Assembly: GCA_910578035.1 (NCBI GenBank)
Contig: CAJTOB010000008.1
Location: 1,801-65,800 of the forward strand
DNA from: an uncultured Muribaculaceae bacterium
Lineage (GTDB): Bacteria > Bacteroidota > Bacteroidia > Bacteroidales > Muribaculaceae
DNA: 64,000 bases
Direction: 5' to 3'
Shown here piece by piece: positions 1 to 10,246 of the stretch (position 1 is the first letter of the stretch; each line of letters opens with the position of its first letter). The notes under the pieces are model-generated. The model did no database searches. It was given only the letters and a program-made list of their open reading frames with translations, and was not told where the DNA came from. Position numbers and translations under genes: made by a program.

Positions 1-263
1 TGATGCGCGACATCGAGGCCATGCTTGAGTCGAGCCAGGAAAATGTGTCGGGAACAGTAGAAATAACACTGCATCCGCGCACATACACCCTCGTAGGCGT
101 CACAACCGACAAAGACCTCATGAAGACCGACTTCGGCGAATACGGCGAAGTCAACAAGGGCTGGAGCGCCGACGACGTCAGAGGCTTCACACGCATTCTG
201 GCAAACCCGCTCAAAATATACTACAGCCATCACCCCTACGGGGAAGACAGCAAAAAAAGCTAA
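1..263 (+). CDS. argG: Argininosuccinate synthase, C-terminal fragment (truncated by the window edge)
   Basis: C-terminus SQENVSGTV...DLMKTDFGEYGEVNKGWSADDVRGF resembles Bacteroidetes ArgG; lies directly upstream of argC. Confidence 0.85.
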   Translation, partial: MRDIEAMLESSQENVSGTVEITLHPRTYTLVGVTTDKDLMKTDFGEYGEVNKGWSADDVRGFTRILANPLKIYYSHHPYGEDSKKS

Positions 264-268
264 GCCGT

Positions 269-1249
269 ATGGAACATATCCGTATCGGTATCATAGGAGG
301 CGCCGGATATACCGCCGGCGAGCTCCTAAGGCTGCTTATTAACCATCCGGCAGCTGAAATTGCATGGATTCACTCGTCGAGCAACGCCGGAAAACCGATA
401 AGCGATGTCCACGAAGGACTGCTCGGTGAAACCGACCTCGTATTCTCCGATTCATACTCCCTCGACGACATCGACCTCCTTTTCCTGTGCTCGGCCCACG
501 GCCAGAGCACCGTTTTCTGGAGCGAGAACAAACGCCCGGTGCATCTGAAGGTGATAGACCTCGCGCAGGACTACCGCGACGAGAGCGAGGGCTATGTCTA
601 TGGCCTTCCCGAACTTCAGACCGACGCCATAGCCGGGGCCGCCTCGGTGGCAAATCCCGGCTGCTTCGCCACCGCCATACAGCTGGCGCTTCTGCCGCTG
701 GCCAAGGCCGGCCTGCTGCCCGCCAATCTGGCCGCCGTCAACATCACCGGCATAACAGGCTCTACGGGAGCCGGCGTGAAGCCCGGAGCCACCACACACT
801 TCAGCTGGCGCACCGACAATCTGTCGGTCTACAAGCCTTTCAGCCATCAGCATCTGGCCGAGATAGTGCGTTCGCTCGGCAAGCTTCAGCCCGGAGTGGA
901 AGGCAAGCCGGTGTTTATCCCTGTGCGCGGCAACTTTGCCAGAGGCATTTTCGTGACGGCGACCATACCTGTGGCGACATCGCAGGAAGATGCCGAGGCG
1001 CTCTACAGCGATTTCTACGCCGGGGCTCCATTCACGGTGTTCAGCCGCAAAGCGGTCGACATGAAGCAGGTAATCAACACCAATAAGGCCGCCGTATCTG
1101 TCACATACAGCGAAAACGGTGTCCTGCTGGTGACCGTGGCTATCGACAATCTTCTAAAAGGCGCCAGCGGCCAGGCCGTGCAGAATATGAACCTCATGTT
1201 CGGCCTCGACCCGCGCACCGGCCTGCGCCTCAAACCATCAGCGTTCTGA
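269..1249 (+). CDS. argC: N-acetyl-gamma-glutamyl-phosphate reductase
   Basis: GGAGYTAGEL nucleotide-binding motif, catalytic ANPGCF, and DNLLKGASGQAVQNMN. Confidence 0.97.
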   Translation: MEHIRIGIIGGAGYTAGELLRLLINHPAAEIAWIHSSSNAGKPISDVHEGLLGETDLVFSDSYSLDDIDLLFLCSAHGQSTVFWSENKRPVHLKVIDLAQDYRDESEGYVYGLPELQTDAIAGAASVANPGCFATAIQLALLPLAKAGLLPANLAAVNITGITGSTGAGVKPGATTHFSWRTDNLSVYKPFSHQHLAEIVRSLGKLQPGVEGKPVFIPVRGNFARGIFVTATIPVATSQEDAEALYSDFYAGAPFTVFSRKAVDMKQVINTNKAAVSVTYSENGVLLVTVAIDNLLKGASGQAVQNMNLMFGLDPRTGLRLKPSAF

Positions 1250-1251
1250 CC

Positions 1252-2382
1252 ATGCAATTATTTGACGTTTATTCATTATACCCCATCGAGCCGGTGCGGG
1301 CCTGCGGATCATATGTCTACACAGCCGACGGCACCGAGTATCTCGACCTTTACGGCGGCCATGCCGTGATTTCCATAGGCCACGCACACCCGCATTATGT
1401 CGGAGCCATCGCCGGGCAGGCGGCGCGGCTGGGTTTCTACTCCAATTCAGTAGAAAATTCGCTCCAGCAACGTCTGGCCGACCTTCTCGGCGAGCTCAGC
1501 GGCTATGACGATTATAGTCTCTTCCTGTGCAACTCGGGCGCCGAGGCAAACGAAAACGCCATCAAACTGGCCTCTTTCGCCAACGGACGCCGCAAGCTTC
1601 TGGCTGTCGGCAAGGCCTTTCACGGCCGCACATCGGGTGCTGTCGCCGCAACCGACAACCCCGCAATCCAATCACCCTTCAACCGCACCGATGCGGTAGA
1701 TTTCGTTGCTCTCAACGACATCGAAGCCGCCCGCGAGGCTCTCGAGACGCGCCAGTACTGCGCCATGATTGTAGAGGGCATACAGGGCGTTGCCGGCATA
1801 CGCATGCCCGACGACGACTATCTGCGCGCCCTGCGCCGCCTCACCGAAGAGACCGGCACCGTCCTTATACTCGATGAAATCCAGAGCGGCTACGGCCGCA
1901 CGGGCAAATTCTTCGCCCATCAGTATGCCGGCATACGCCCCGACATCATCACATGCGCCAAAGGCATTGCCAACGGCTTCCCGATGGGAGCCGTGCTGAT
2001 ATCGCCGGCTTTCGAAGCCCGCAAAGGCATGCTCGGCACCACCTTCGGCGGCAACCACCTCGCGTGCGCAGCCGCCATAGCTGTGCTCGAGGTGATGCGC
2101 GACGAAAAACTCGTCGAGAATGCCGCCGCCACCGGCAGCTACCTCCTGTCGCAGCTGCAGAGCATCGAAGGAGCGCACAATGTGCGCGGCCGCGGCCTCA
2201 TGATAGGCTTCGACGTAGAGCAGCCGGCATCTGAGTTCCGCCGCTCGCTGCTGTTCGACCACCACATATTCACCGGCGGCGCGGGCATGAACACCGTCCG
2301 TCTCCTTCCGGCCCTGGGCCTGACCGTAGAACAGGCCGACCATTTTCTTTCTCACCTCAAAAAAATGTTTGACAATGAATAA
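1252..2382 (+). CDS. argD: Acetyl/succinyl-ornithine aminotransferase (class III PLP enzyme)
   Basis: NSGAEANE, FHGRT, DEIQSGYGRTG, AKGIANG and TTFGGN motifs; arg operon context. Confidence 0.93.
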   Translation: MQLFDVYSLYPIEPVRACGSYVYTADGTEYLDLYGGHAVISIGHAHPHYVGAIAGQAARLGFYSNSVENSLQQRLADLLGELSGYDDYSLFLCNSGAEANENAIKLASFANGRRKLLAVGKAFHGRTSGAVAATDNPAIQSPFNRTDAVDFVALNDIEAAREALETRQYCAMIVEGIQGVAGIRMPDDDYLRALRRLTEETGTVLILDEIQSGYGRTGKFFAHQYAGIRPDIITCAKGIANGFPMGAVLISPAFEARKGMLGTTFGGNHLACAAAIAVLEVMRDEKLVENAAATGSYLLSQLQSIEGAHNVRGRGLMIGFDVEQPASEFRRSLLFDHHIFTGGAGMNTVRLLPALGLTVEQADHFLSHLKKMFDNE

Positions 2383-3328
2383 GTTTACAAACGTATCGGA
2401 CATCGGCGACCTCCGCCAGGCCGTTGCCGAAGCCCTCGAGATAAAGCGCAACCGCTTCGCCCACACCGAGCTGGGCCGCAACCGCACTCTGCTCATGATT
2501 TTCTTCAATTCCAGCCTGCGCACGCGCCTGAGCACTCAGAAGGCGGCCATGAATCTGGGCATGAATGTGATGGTGCTCGACGTAAACCAGGGCGCCTGGA
2601 AGCTCGAGACCGAGCGCGGGGTCGTGATGGACGGCGACAAGGCAGAGCATCTGCTCGAAGCCATACCCGTGATGGGAAGCTACTGCGACATCATCGGCGT
2701 CCGCTCGTTCGCTTCGCTCAAAGACAAGGCCGAAGACTACAGCGAGAAGGTACTCGAACAGTTTATACGCTACTCAGGTCGCCCGGTATTCAGCATGGAA
2801 GCCGCAACGGGCCACCCTCTGCAGAGCTTCGCCGACCTCATAACCATAGAGGAGCACAAGAGGACAGAGCGCCCGAAAGTGGTGCTCACCTGGGCTCCCC
2901 ACCCCAAAGCACTGCCGCAGGCCGTGCCAAACTCTTTCGTAGAGTGGATGGTAGCCGCCGGATACGACGTCACCGTGACACACCCCAAGGGCTATGAGCT
3001 CGACGAGCGCTTCACCCGCGGTGCGAAAATAGACTATGACCAGAACCATGCCCTCGAAGGAGCCGACTTCGTCTATGCCAAAAACTGGTCGGCCTTCGCC
3101 GACCTCGACTACGGCCGGATTCTGTCTACAGACCGCAGCTGGACCATCGACTCGGCCAAGATGAAGCTCACCAACGATGCCTTCTTCATGCACTGTCTGC
3201 CGGTGCGCCGCAATATGATTGTCACCGACGAGGTTATCGAGTCGCCCAGCAGTCTTGTCATTCCCGAGGCCGCCAACCGTGAGATTTCAGCCCAGACAGT
3301 AATCAAACGCATGCTCGAGGCGCTATGA
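2375..3328 (+). CDS. argF: N-acyl-ornithine (probably N-succinylornithine) carbamoyltransferase
   Basis: SLRTR carbamoyl-phosphate motif, HPLQ, HCLP and WAPHPKALPQAVPNSF, typical of the ArgF' family. ATG 2375 preferred over TTG 2369. Confidence 0.92.
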   Translation: MNKFTNVSDIGDLRQAVAEALEIKRNRFAHTELGRNRTLLMIFFNSSLRTRLSTQKAAMNLGMNVMVLDVNQGAWKLETERGVVMDGDKAEHLLEAIPVMGSYCDIIGVRSFASLKDKAEDYSEKVLEQFIRYSGRPVFSMEAATGHPLQSFADLITIEEHKRTERPKVVLTWAPHPKALPQAVPNSFVEWMVAAGYDVTVTHPKGYELDERFTRGAKIDYDQNHALEGADFVYAKNWSAFADLDYGRILSTDRSWTIDSAKMKLTNDAFFMHCLPVRRNMIVTDEVIESPSSLVIPEAANREISAQTVIKRMLEAL

Positions 3329-4116
3329 AGACCGATTGCGGCACACACATCAAAGTCATCAAGGTAGGCGGGAACGTAATAGACAATCCCGCCGCCCTCG
3401 ATGCTCTCGTCGCCGACCTGGCCCGCATGGAAGGGCCGCGCATACTTGTGCACGGCGGCGGCAAGGAGGCCACTCGCCTCAGCGCGCGCCTCGACATTCC
3501 CACCACGATGATAGAAGGCCGGCGCGTCACCGACGCCGCGACCATCGACGTTGTCACCATGGTCTACGCCGGGCTGATAAACAAGCGCATAGTAGCGCGC
3601 CTTCAGGCCGCCGGCACCAATGCCATCGGCATGTGCGGCGCCGACGGGAACATGATTCCGGCGCGCCGACGGGCGCCCGAGCCGATAGATTACGGTTTTG
3701 TCGGCGACATCGACCCTATGACCGTCAACGACGGCCTGATAGCCTCGCTGCTCAACGACGGCATAATGCCCGTTTTCTGCGCCATCTGCCACGACGGCAA
3801 AGGAAACCTTCTGAACTGCAACGCCGACTCCGTGGCCTCGGCTGTAGCCGTGGCGGCCTCACGCATAGCGCCCACAGACCTCACATTCTGCTTCGAGATG
3901 CCCGGCGTGATGGCCGATACCGACAATCCCGACTCTCTCATACCGTCGATTACACCGGCGCTATACGAGAGTCTGAAAGCCGACGGCATTGTGAGCAAAG
4001 GCATGATACCCAAGATTGACAATGCTTTTGCTGCTATCCGGCAGGGTGTGGCGAGCGTGAGAATATGCAGAAGCGATTCTATTCTCGGCAACGTCGGAAC
4101 AGTAATAAGCGCCTGA
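3325..4116 (+). CDS. argB: Acetylglutamate kinase
   Basis: IKVGG, VHGGG, RRVTD, NCNAD and GMIPK motifs; start overlaps the argF' stop. Confidence 0.95.
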   Translation: MKTDCGTHIKVIKVGGNVIDNPAALDALVADLARMEGPRILVHGGGKEATRLSARLDIPTTMIEGRRVTDAATIDVVTMVYAGLINKRIVARLQAAGTNAIGMCGADGNMIPARRRAPEPIDYGFVGDIDPMTVNDGLIASLLNDGIMPVFCAICHDGKGNLLNCNADSVASAVAVAASRIAPTDLTFCFEMPGVMADTDNPDSLIPSITPALYESLKADGIVSKGMIPKIDNAFAAIRQGVASVRICRSDSILGNVGTVISA

Positions 4117-4120
4117 GGCC

Positions 4121-5230
4121 ATGAACCGCACCGACGACGCAATCGAGCTCCTCAGACGACTGATTGCTATCCCCTCCCCTTCGAGGGAAGAGGACGGCAC
4201 CGCCGCCCTCATTTACGACTGGCTGCATGAGCGCGGAGCCGATGTGCGCCGATTCCACAACAATGTATGGGCCGTGGCGCCGGGCTTCGACCCCGCTCGA
4301 CCGACATTGATGCTCAACAGCCATCACGACACCGTAAAGCCCTCCGCTCAGTACACCCGAGACCCGTATAAACCAGAAATAACAGATGGAAAACTCTACG
4401 GGCTCGGCAGCAACGACGCCGGCGCCTCGGCGGTATGCCTCCTCTCGGCCTTCCTTGCCCTTGCAGACGAACGGCTTCCGTTTAACCTCATGGTAGCCAT
4501 AACGGCCGCCGAGGAAGTGATGGGAGAGCACGGCATGCGCGCGTTCCTGCCCGAAATCAAAAGACTCGGCTTCGGCCCCGACATGGTAATTGTGGGCGAG
4601 CCGACAGGCTTCCAGCCCGCAGTGGCCGAGCGCGGTCTTGTGGTGCTCGACGGTCGGACCGAAGGTGTTGCCGGCCATGCCGCCCGCAACGAAGGCGTCA
4701 ACGCGCTCTACCGCGCCATCGACGACATCGGCATACTGCGCGCATTCCGCTTCCCGACCGAATCGGCGCTGCTCGGCCCGGTGAAAATCAATGTCACCCA
4801 GATTGAAGCCGGCAGCCAGCACAATGTGGTGCCGGCGGAGTGTCGTTTCGTGGTCGACGTGCGCACCACCGATGCCTATACCAACGCCGAAACGGCCCGC
4901 ATACTGCAGGAAGCCGTGCGGTGGTCGGTGCTTACGCCCCGCTCCACCCGCGTGCAGGCCTCTGTCATAGAGGACAGCCACCCGCTGGTAAGAGCGGCCG
5001 TCGGCATGGGGCTGACGCCCTTCGTAAGCCCCACAACGAGCGACATGGCGCTCATGCACGACATTCCGTCGATGAAAATCGGCCCCGGCCAGTCGTCAAG
5101 GTCACATACCGCCGACGAATACGTGCTCATCGACGAGATTGCAGAAGCTATAGAAAAATACCCCCTCCTTATACGCAACATAGAATGGAAACAAAACTCT
5201 GGAGCAAGGGCTTCGAGCCCGACAAAATGA
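4121..5230 (+). CDS. argE: M20-family acylornithine/acylcitrulline deacylase
   Basis: NSHHDTV, GLGSNDAG, AEEV, GEPT and SHTADE metal-binding motifs; arg operon context. Confidence 0.88.
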   Translation: MNRTDDAIELLRRLIAIPSPSREEDGTAALIYDWLHERGADVRRFHNNVWAVAPGFDPARPTLMLNSHHDTVKPSAQYTRDPYKPEITDGKLYGLGSNDAGASAVCLLSAFLALADERLPFNLMVAITAAEEVMGEHGMRAFLPEIKRLGFGPDMVIVGEPTGFQPAVAERGLVVLDGRTEGVAGHAARNEGVNALYRAIDDIGILRAFRFPTESALLGPVKINVTQIEAGSQHNVVPAECRFVVDVRTTDAYTNAETARILQEAVRWSVLTPRSTRVQASVIEDSHPLVRAAVGMGLTPFVSPTTSDMALMHDIPSMKIGPGQSSRSHTADEYVLIDEIAEAIEKYPLLIRNIEWKQNSGARASSPTK

Positions 5231-6483
5231 TAGAACAGTTCACCGTAGGGCGCGACCGCGAGCTCGACCTCCGGCTTGCGCGCTACGATGTGGAGGGCTC
5301 GATGGCTCACATCAAAATGCTGGCAAGCATAGGTCTGCTGGGCCGGGAGGAGCTGCCGGTGCTGCTCGACGGCCTCAGCGAGATTGCCGCCGTGATAGAG
5401 CGCGGCGAGTTCGAAATAGAGCCTGATATTGAAGATGTTCACTCCCAGATTGAGCTCATGCTCACACGCCGCCTCGGCGACATCGGCAAGAAGATACATT
5501 CAGGCCGCTCGCGAAATGACCAGGTGCTGGTAGACCTCAAACTCTTCATGCGCGACGAGCTGAAGCGCGTGGCCGGCGCTGTCGACAAGCTTTTCGGCCG
5601 GCTGCAGGCTTTGTCGGAAGAACATAAAGACAAACTCATGCCCGGCTATACACATCTGCAGGTTGCGATGCCGTCGTCGTTCGGGCTATGGTTCGGAGCC
5701 TATGCCGAAGCGCTTACAGACGACATGCAGATGCTCGCTGCCGCCTACCGCATAACCAATCAGAACCCTCTGGGCTCGGCGGCCGGCTACGGAAGCAGCT
5801 TCCCTCTCGACAGAATGATGACTACACAGCTGCTTGGCTTCGACGCACCTCACTACAACGTTGTGGCCGCTCAGATGAGCCGTGGAAAGACCGAACGCGC
5901 CGTTGCCGCGGCCATAGGCGCAATCGCCTCCACGCTGGGCCACATGGCGATGGACGTCTGCATGTGGATGTGCCAGAATTTCAGCTTCGTAAGCTTTCCC
6001 GACGAACTTACCACCGGCTCGAGCATAATGCCTCATAAAAAGAACCCCGATGTGTTCGAGATAATGCGCGGCAAATGCAACCGCCTGCAGTCGGTGCCCA
6101 ATGAGCTGGCGCTGCTCACCGCCAATCTGCCCCTTGGCTACAACCGCGACCTGCAGCTGATGAAAGACATACTCTTCCCGGCTATCGACGAAATGACCGA
6201 CTGTCTGGAAATGGCCGATTTCATGCTCGCCCACATAATTGTGAAAGACAATATAACCGACGATGCCCGCTACGACTATCTCTTTACCGTCGAGGAAGTG
6301 AACAGGCTTGTCCTTTCGGGCGTGCCTTTCCGCGAAGCCTACAGAAAAGTCGGCGAAGAGGTGCAGAATGGCACCTACAGACCCGTAAGAGAGGTGCACC
6401 ACACACACCTCGGCAGCGCAGGCAATCTCGCCACCGCCGAAATCGCCGCCAAAATGGCTGAGGTGATGAAAACCTTCGGATAA
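5185..6483 (+). CDS. argH: Argininosuccinate lyase
   Basis: METKLWSKG start at ATG 5185; HSGRSRNDQ, MPGYTHLQ and GSSIMPHKKNPD. Overlaps the argE 3' end by 46 nt. Confidence 0.96.
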   Translation: METKLWSKGFEPDKMIEQFTVGRDRELDLRLARYDVEGSMAHIKMLASIGLLGREELPVLLDGLSEIAAVIERGEFEIEPDIEDVHSQIELMLTRRLGDIGKKIHSGRSRNDQVLVDLKLFMRDELKRVAGAVDKLFGRLQALSEEHKDKLMPGYTHLQVAMPSSFGLWFGAYAEALTDDMQMLAAAYRITNQNPLGSAAGYGSSFPLDRMMTTQLLGFDAPHYNVVAAQMSRGKTERAVAAAIGAIASTLGHMAMDVCMWMCQNFSFVSFPDELTTGSSIMPHKKNPDVFEIMRGKCNRLQSVPNELALLTANLPLGYNRDLQLMKDILFPAIDEMTDCLEMADFMLAHIIVKDNITDDARYDYLFTVEEVNRLVLSGVPFREAYRKVGEEVQNGTYRPVREVHHTHLGSAGNLATAEIAAKMAEVMKTFG

Positions 6484-6485
6484 TT

Positions 6486-6516
6486 TTTGTCGTTTATAGG
6501 ATTATATTTAACTTTG
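6486..6516 (+). promoter_or_regulatory. Bacteroidetes sigma-A promoter (-33/-7) for the 6606 gene
   Basis: TTTG (6486-6489), 19-nt spacer, TAACTTTG (6509-6516): matches the TTTG-N19-21-TAnnTTTG consensus. Confidence 0.75.
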
Positions 6517-6545
6517 GGGCATGTTTTACAAATATGCCCCAAAGT
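6511..6545. terminator. 16-bp inverted repeat after argH (terminator or operator)
   Basis: ACTTTGGGGCATGTTT-TAC-AAATATGCCCCAAAGT with one G-U pair; only a weak U tail follows. Confidence 0.55.
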
Positions 6546-6605
6546 CAGTTTATATAATATCAGTATTTTATACAGCAAACGACACCGGGGCTTAAATAGT
6601 ATTTT

Positions 6606-8369
6606 ATGCTAAACACCTTGAAGTACGGGCTCGTGGTGTCTCTGTCGCTTGCATCGCTTGTCGCCAATGCCGAGTCTTTGCCGGAAATCATGGACATGGT
6701 GCACAACAATCCCGGCGAAGCACCATTCGAAACCAAATATAATTCGCCTGAATTTCTGAAAAGCGCCGGATTCAGCGGCACAGTGACACACTGGCACATA
6801 AACTGCGCCATAGACTATGCGGGCTTCGACAGCCGCCTGACACCTGCCGGCAGCGACGAACGCCGCTGGATAGACGCAAAAGCCGCCCGGATAGACTCCA
6901 TGCTTTCCGGATATGAGGCGGCGGAAGTGCCCGTCTACCCCTTCACCGACTTCCTCGTCTTTCCGGCCTCGGTATGGGAGCTCTACGGCGACTCCATTCG
7001 CGGAGCGGGCTCTGTGGCAGGCACCGGCGGAAGCAACGAGCGCGCCCGCAAGCCCGACATCAGCCGCCCCTTCACCCGCCGCCTGCTGCGCTACCAGATA
7101 GACCGTATTTTCGAGCGTTTCCCTACCCTCGGAGGCATTACCCTGCGCTTCGGCGAGACATATCTGCACGACACACCCTTCCATATGGGCGGCAGCCCTA
7201 TACGCGGCGGCAAAGACGCCGTCGCCGACCATATAGACCTCATCAATCTGCTCCGCGAGGAAGTGTGCGTGAAACGCGGCAAGAAGCTCTTCTACCGCAC
7301 ATGGGATTTCGGATATAACTTCCATAACAACCCGGACTTCTATCTGAGCGTGACCGACGCCATCGAGCCACACCCGCTGCTCTTTTTCTCCATCAAATAC
7401 CAACAGAACGACTATCATCGCATGACACCATTCAATCCTGCTCTGGGGCGCGGGCGGCACCAGCAGGTAGTAGAGTCGCAGTCGCGCATGGAGGCCTACG
7501 GCAAAGGCGCCCACCCCTACTACACGGCAAAAGGCGTAATAGACGGCTGGCCGGAGACGGCGCTGGAGATAGAATTCGGCACACACCGCTTCACCGGCCG
7601 CGACAATGCGCCCGAAGCACCGCGCGGACTGCGCGATGTCGCAGACACGGGGCTGCTCAAGGGCGTCATGACATGGTCGCACGGCGGAGGCTGGCAGGGG
7701 CCGTACATAAACCATGAGATATGGACCGACCTCAACACATTTGTCGTAGCGCACTGGGCGGCCGACACCTCGCGCTCGGAAGAAGATATATTCCGCGAAT
7801 TCTGCGACAGTATATCACTCCATGGCTACGACGCCTACCTCTTCCGCCAGATTGCCCTGATGAGCGTCGAGGCCGTGCGCAAAGGCCACTGCAACAGTTA
7901 TACCCACAACGACGTATGGTGGACCCGCGACGAATTTTTCAGCGCCTCGGCCAACGGCCACGTCATAGACGCCATACTTGCGGCCAAGGCCACCGGCAAA
8001 GTACTGGCCGAGAAAGACGAGGCGGCCCACATGTGGAGCGCAATCGAGGCAATGTCGCGACAAATAGACTGCGAGGACCAGATGCTGAAGGAAGCCATAA
8101 CCGTGTCGTGCACCTACGGGCGCATAAAATACCATCTGATACGCGAAATGTGGCGCCTGATGATCTACAGCCGCCTGTACGCCGACGGCGACACCGCCTT
8201 GCAGACCGAAATACGCCGCTCAATAGCCGCCTACGACGCCCTCTGGGCCGAATGGCGCTCGCTCAAAGAGGCGAGTCCGCTCTGCGCCACCCTCTACACC
8301 GACATGGCCTTCCGCAACGAGCGCAAAGGCAGCATGGGCGAATTTGTAGACTCTCTGCGGAGTATATGA
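6606..8369 (+). CDS. Uncharacterised exported protein, possibly glycoside-hydrolase-like
   Basis: 587-aa ORF with a signal peptide ending in ANA, host-like codon usage and its own promoter; no family recognised. Confidence 0.75.
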   Translation: MLNTLKYGLVVSLSLASLVANAESLPEIMDMVHNNPGEAPFETKYNSPEFLKSAGFSGTVTHWHINCAIDYAGFDSRLTPAGSDERRWIDAKAARIDSMLSGYEAAEVPVYPFTDFLVFPASVWELYGDSIRGAGSVAGTGGSNERARKPDISRPFTRRLLRYQIDRIFERFPTLGGITLRFGETYLHDTPFHMGGSPIRGGKDAVADHIDLINLLREEVCVKRGKKLFYRTWDFGYNFHNNPDFYLSVTDAIEPHPLLFFSIKYQQNDYHRMTPFNPALGRGRHQQVVESQSRMEAYGKGAHPYYTAKGVIDGWPETALEIEFGTHRFTGRDNAPEAPRGLRDVADTGLLKGVMTWSHGGGWQGPYINHEIWTDLNTFVVAHWAADTSRSEEDIFREFCDSISLHGYDAYLFRQIALMSVEAVRKGHCNSYTHNDVWWTRDEFFSASANGHVIDAILAAKATGKVLAEKDEAAHMWSAIEAMSRQIDCEDQMLKEAITVSCTYGRIKYHLIREMWRLMIYSRLYADGDTALQTEIRRSIAAYDALWAEWRSLKEASPLCATLYTDMAFRNERKGSMGEFVDSLRSI

Positions 8370-8380
8370 CGATTTTTTCG

Positions 8381-8388
8381 TATCTTTG
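8381..8388 (+). promoter_or_regulatory. -7 promoter element for lysS
   Basis: TATCTTTG about 30 nt upstream of the lysS ATG; no clear -33 element. Confidence 0.6.
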
Positions 8389-8419
8389 CGAGTTAAAGCA
8401 AGATAAAGACACTACATAT

Positions 8420-10153
8420 ATGAATCCACTCGAACTCAGCGAACAGGAAGCCATACGCCGCAACAGTCTGGCTGAACTGCGCCGCCTCGGCATTGAGCCA
8501 TATCCCGCAGCAGAATTCACCGTCACTGGCCATAGCGACGAAATCAAAGAGAATTTCGAAGACGAAGCCCCCCGCCGCGAAATAGCGGTCGCCGGCCGTA
8601 TCATGAGCCGCCGCATCATGGGCAAGGCATCGTTCATTGAACTGCAGGACGCTTTCGGCCGCATTCAGGTATATATATCGCGCGACGAAATCTGCCCCGG
8701 CGAAGACAAGGAACTATATAACACCGTATTCAAGAAGCTCCTCGACATAGGCGACTTCGTCGGAATCCGCGGCTACGTGTTCCGCACCCAGACCGGCGAA
8801 ATCTCCGTTCACGCCCAGGAGCTCATAGTGCTCAGCAAGAGCCTGCGCCCCCTGCCTATCGTGAAGGTTAAAGACGGCGTGACATACGACGCCTTCGACG
8901 ACCCCGAGCTGCGCTACCGCCGCCGCTACGTAGACCTGGTGGTGAACGACGCCGTGAAGCAGATTTTCCTCAAGCGCACCAAGGTCTATACCTCCATGCG
9001 CGAATATTTTAACGCCGCAGGCTACATCGAGGTTGAGACACCTATCCTCCAGAGTATTCCCGGCGGCGCGTCGGCACGTCCGTTCATCACACACCATAAC
9101 GCTCTCGACATTCCCCTCTACCTCCGAATCGCCGACGAGCTCTATCTGAAGCGCCTCATTGTGGGCGGCTTCGACGGCGTCTACGAATTCTCGAAGAATT
9201 TCCGCAACGAGGGCATGGACCGCACCCACAATCCCGAGTTCACCTGCATGGAAATCTATGTGGCCTACAAGGACTACAACTGGATGATGAGCTTCACCGA
9301 GCGCATGCTCGAGAAAATATGCCTCGACGTCAACGGCACCACCGAGGTAAAGGTTGGCGACAACGTAATCAGCTTCAAGGCTCCGTTCCCCCGCGTGACT
9401 ATGGCCCAGGCCATCAAGGACCACACCGGCGTTGACATCACCGGCATGGATGAGGAACAGCTGCGCAAGACAGCCCGCGAACTCGGCATCGAAGTAGACG
9501 ACACCATGGGCAAGGGCAAACTTATCGACGAGATTTTCGGCGAAAAATGCGAAGGCCTCTACATTCAGCCTACCTTCATCACCGACTACCCCATTGAAAT
9601 GTCGCCTCTCACAAAGCGCCACCGCGACAATCCCGAACTCACCGAACGCTTCGAGCTGATGGTGAACGGCAAAGAGCTGGCTAACGCATATTCAGAGCTC
9701 AACGACCCCATCGACCAGTACGAGCGCTTCGTAGAGCAGATGCGACTCGGCGAGAAGGGCGACGATGAGGCCATGATTATCGACGCCGACTTTATCCGCG
9801 CCCTCGAATACGGCATGCCTCCGACATCGGGCATGGGCATAGGCATGGACCGCCTTGTGATGCTCATGACAGGCCAGACCGCAATCCAGGAGGTGCTCCT
9901 CTTCCCGCAGATGCGCCCCGAGAAGGTAGAAAAGCGCGACAGCGCCGAAGCATTTGCAGCCGTCGGCGTGCCCGAAGAATGGGTGCCCGTAATCCAGAAG
10001 GCCGGCATTCTTACCGTTGCCGCTCTCGCACAGGCAAATCCCGCCAAGGCTCACCAGGACTTCTGCGGCCTCAACAAGAAGCACAAGCTCGGTCTGAAAA
10101 ACCCCACGCCCGACACTGTGGCCGAATGGGTAGCCGCCGCAGCGAACGCATAA
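8420..10153 (+). CDS. lysS: Lysine--tRNA ligase (class II) with a short C-terminal extension
   Basis: [10 protein letters not shown]-fold, [27 protein letters not shown] and GMGIGMDRL. Start placed at ATG 8420, downstream of the promoter. Confidence 0.97.
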   Translation: MNPLELSEQEAIRRNSLAELRRLGIEPYPAAEFTVTGHSDEIKENFEDEAPRREIAVAGRIMSRRIMGKASFIELQDAFGRIQVYISRDEICPGEDKELYNTVFKKLLDIGDFVGIRGYVFRTQTGEISVHAQELIVLSKSLRPLPIVKVKDGVTYDAFDDPELRYRRRYVDLVVNDAVKQIFLKRTKVYTSMREYFNAAGYIEVETPILQSIPGGASARPFITHHNALDIPLYLRIADELYLKRLIVGGFDGVYEFSKNFRNEGMDRTHNPEFTCMEIYVAYKDYNWMMSFTERMLEKICLDVNGTTEVKVGDNVISFKAPFPRVTMAQAIKDHTGVDITGMDEEQLRKTARELGIEVDDTMGKGKLIDEIFGEKCEGLYIQPTFITDYPIEMSPLTKRHRDNPELTERFELMVNGKELANAYSELNDPIDQYERFVEQMRLGEKGDDEAMIIDADFIRALEYGMPPTSGMGIGMDRLVMLMTGQTAIQEVLLFPQMRPEKVEKRDSAEAFAAVGVPEEWVPVIQKAGILTVAALAQANPAKAHQDFCGLNKKHKLGLKNPTPDTVAEWVAAAANA

Positions 10154-10182
10154 TGCGTCGCAGATCCTACAATATTCGACAG

Positions 10183-10230
10183 CAAGATAAAGGTTCCGTA
10201 ATATCACAGAACCTTTATCTTGACTCTTTT
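10183..10230 (+). terminator. Stem-loop after lysS
   Basis: CAAGATAAAGGTTC (10183-10196) pairs perfectly with GAACCTTTATCTTG (10209-10222), followed by ACTCTTTT. Confidence 0.6.
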
Positions 10231-10246
10231 ATCAAGAGGCAATAAT

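Noticed and set aside
4840..5184. Apparent N-terminal extension of ArgH
   Set aside because: Lies inside argE; ArgH similarity begins at METKLW (5185).
7721..8419. Apparent 233-aa N-terminal extension of LysS
   Set aside because: Overlaps the upstream gene in another frame and is Arg/Pro-rich; a promoter and ATG at 8381-8420 define the real start.
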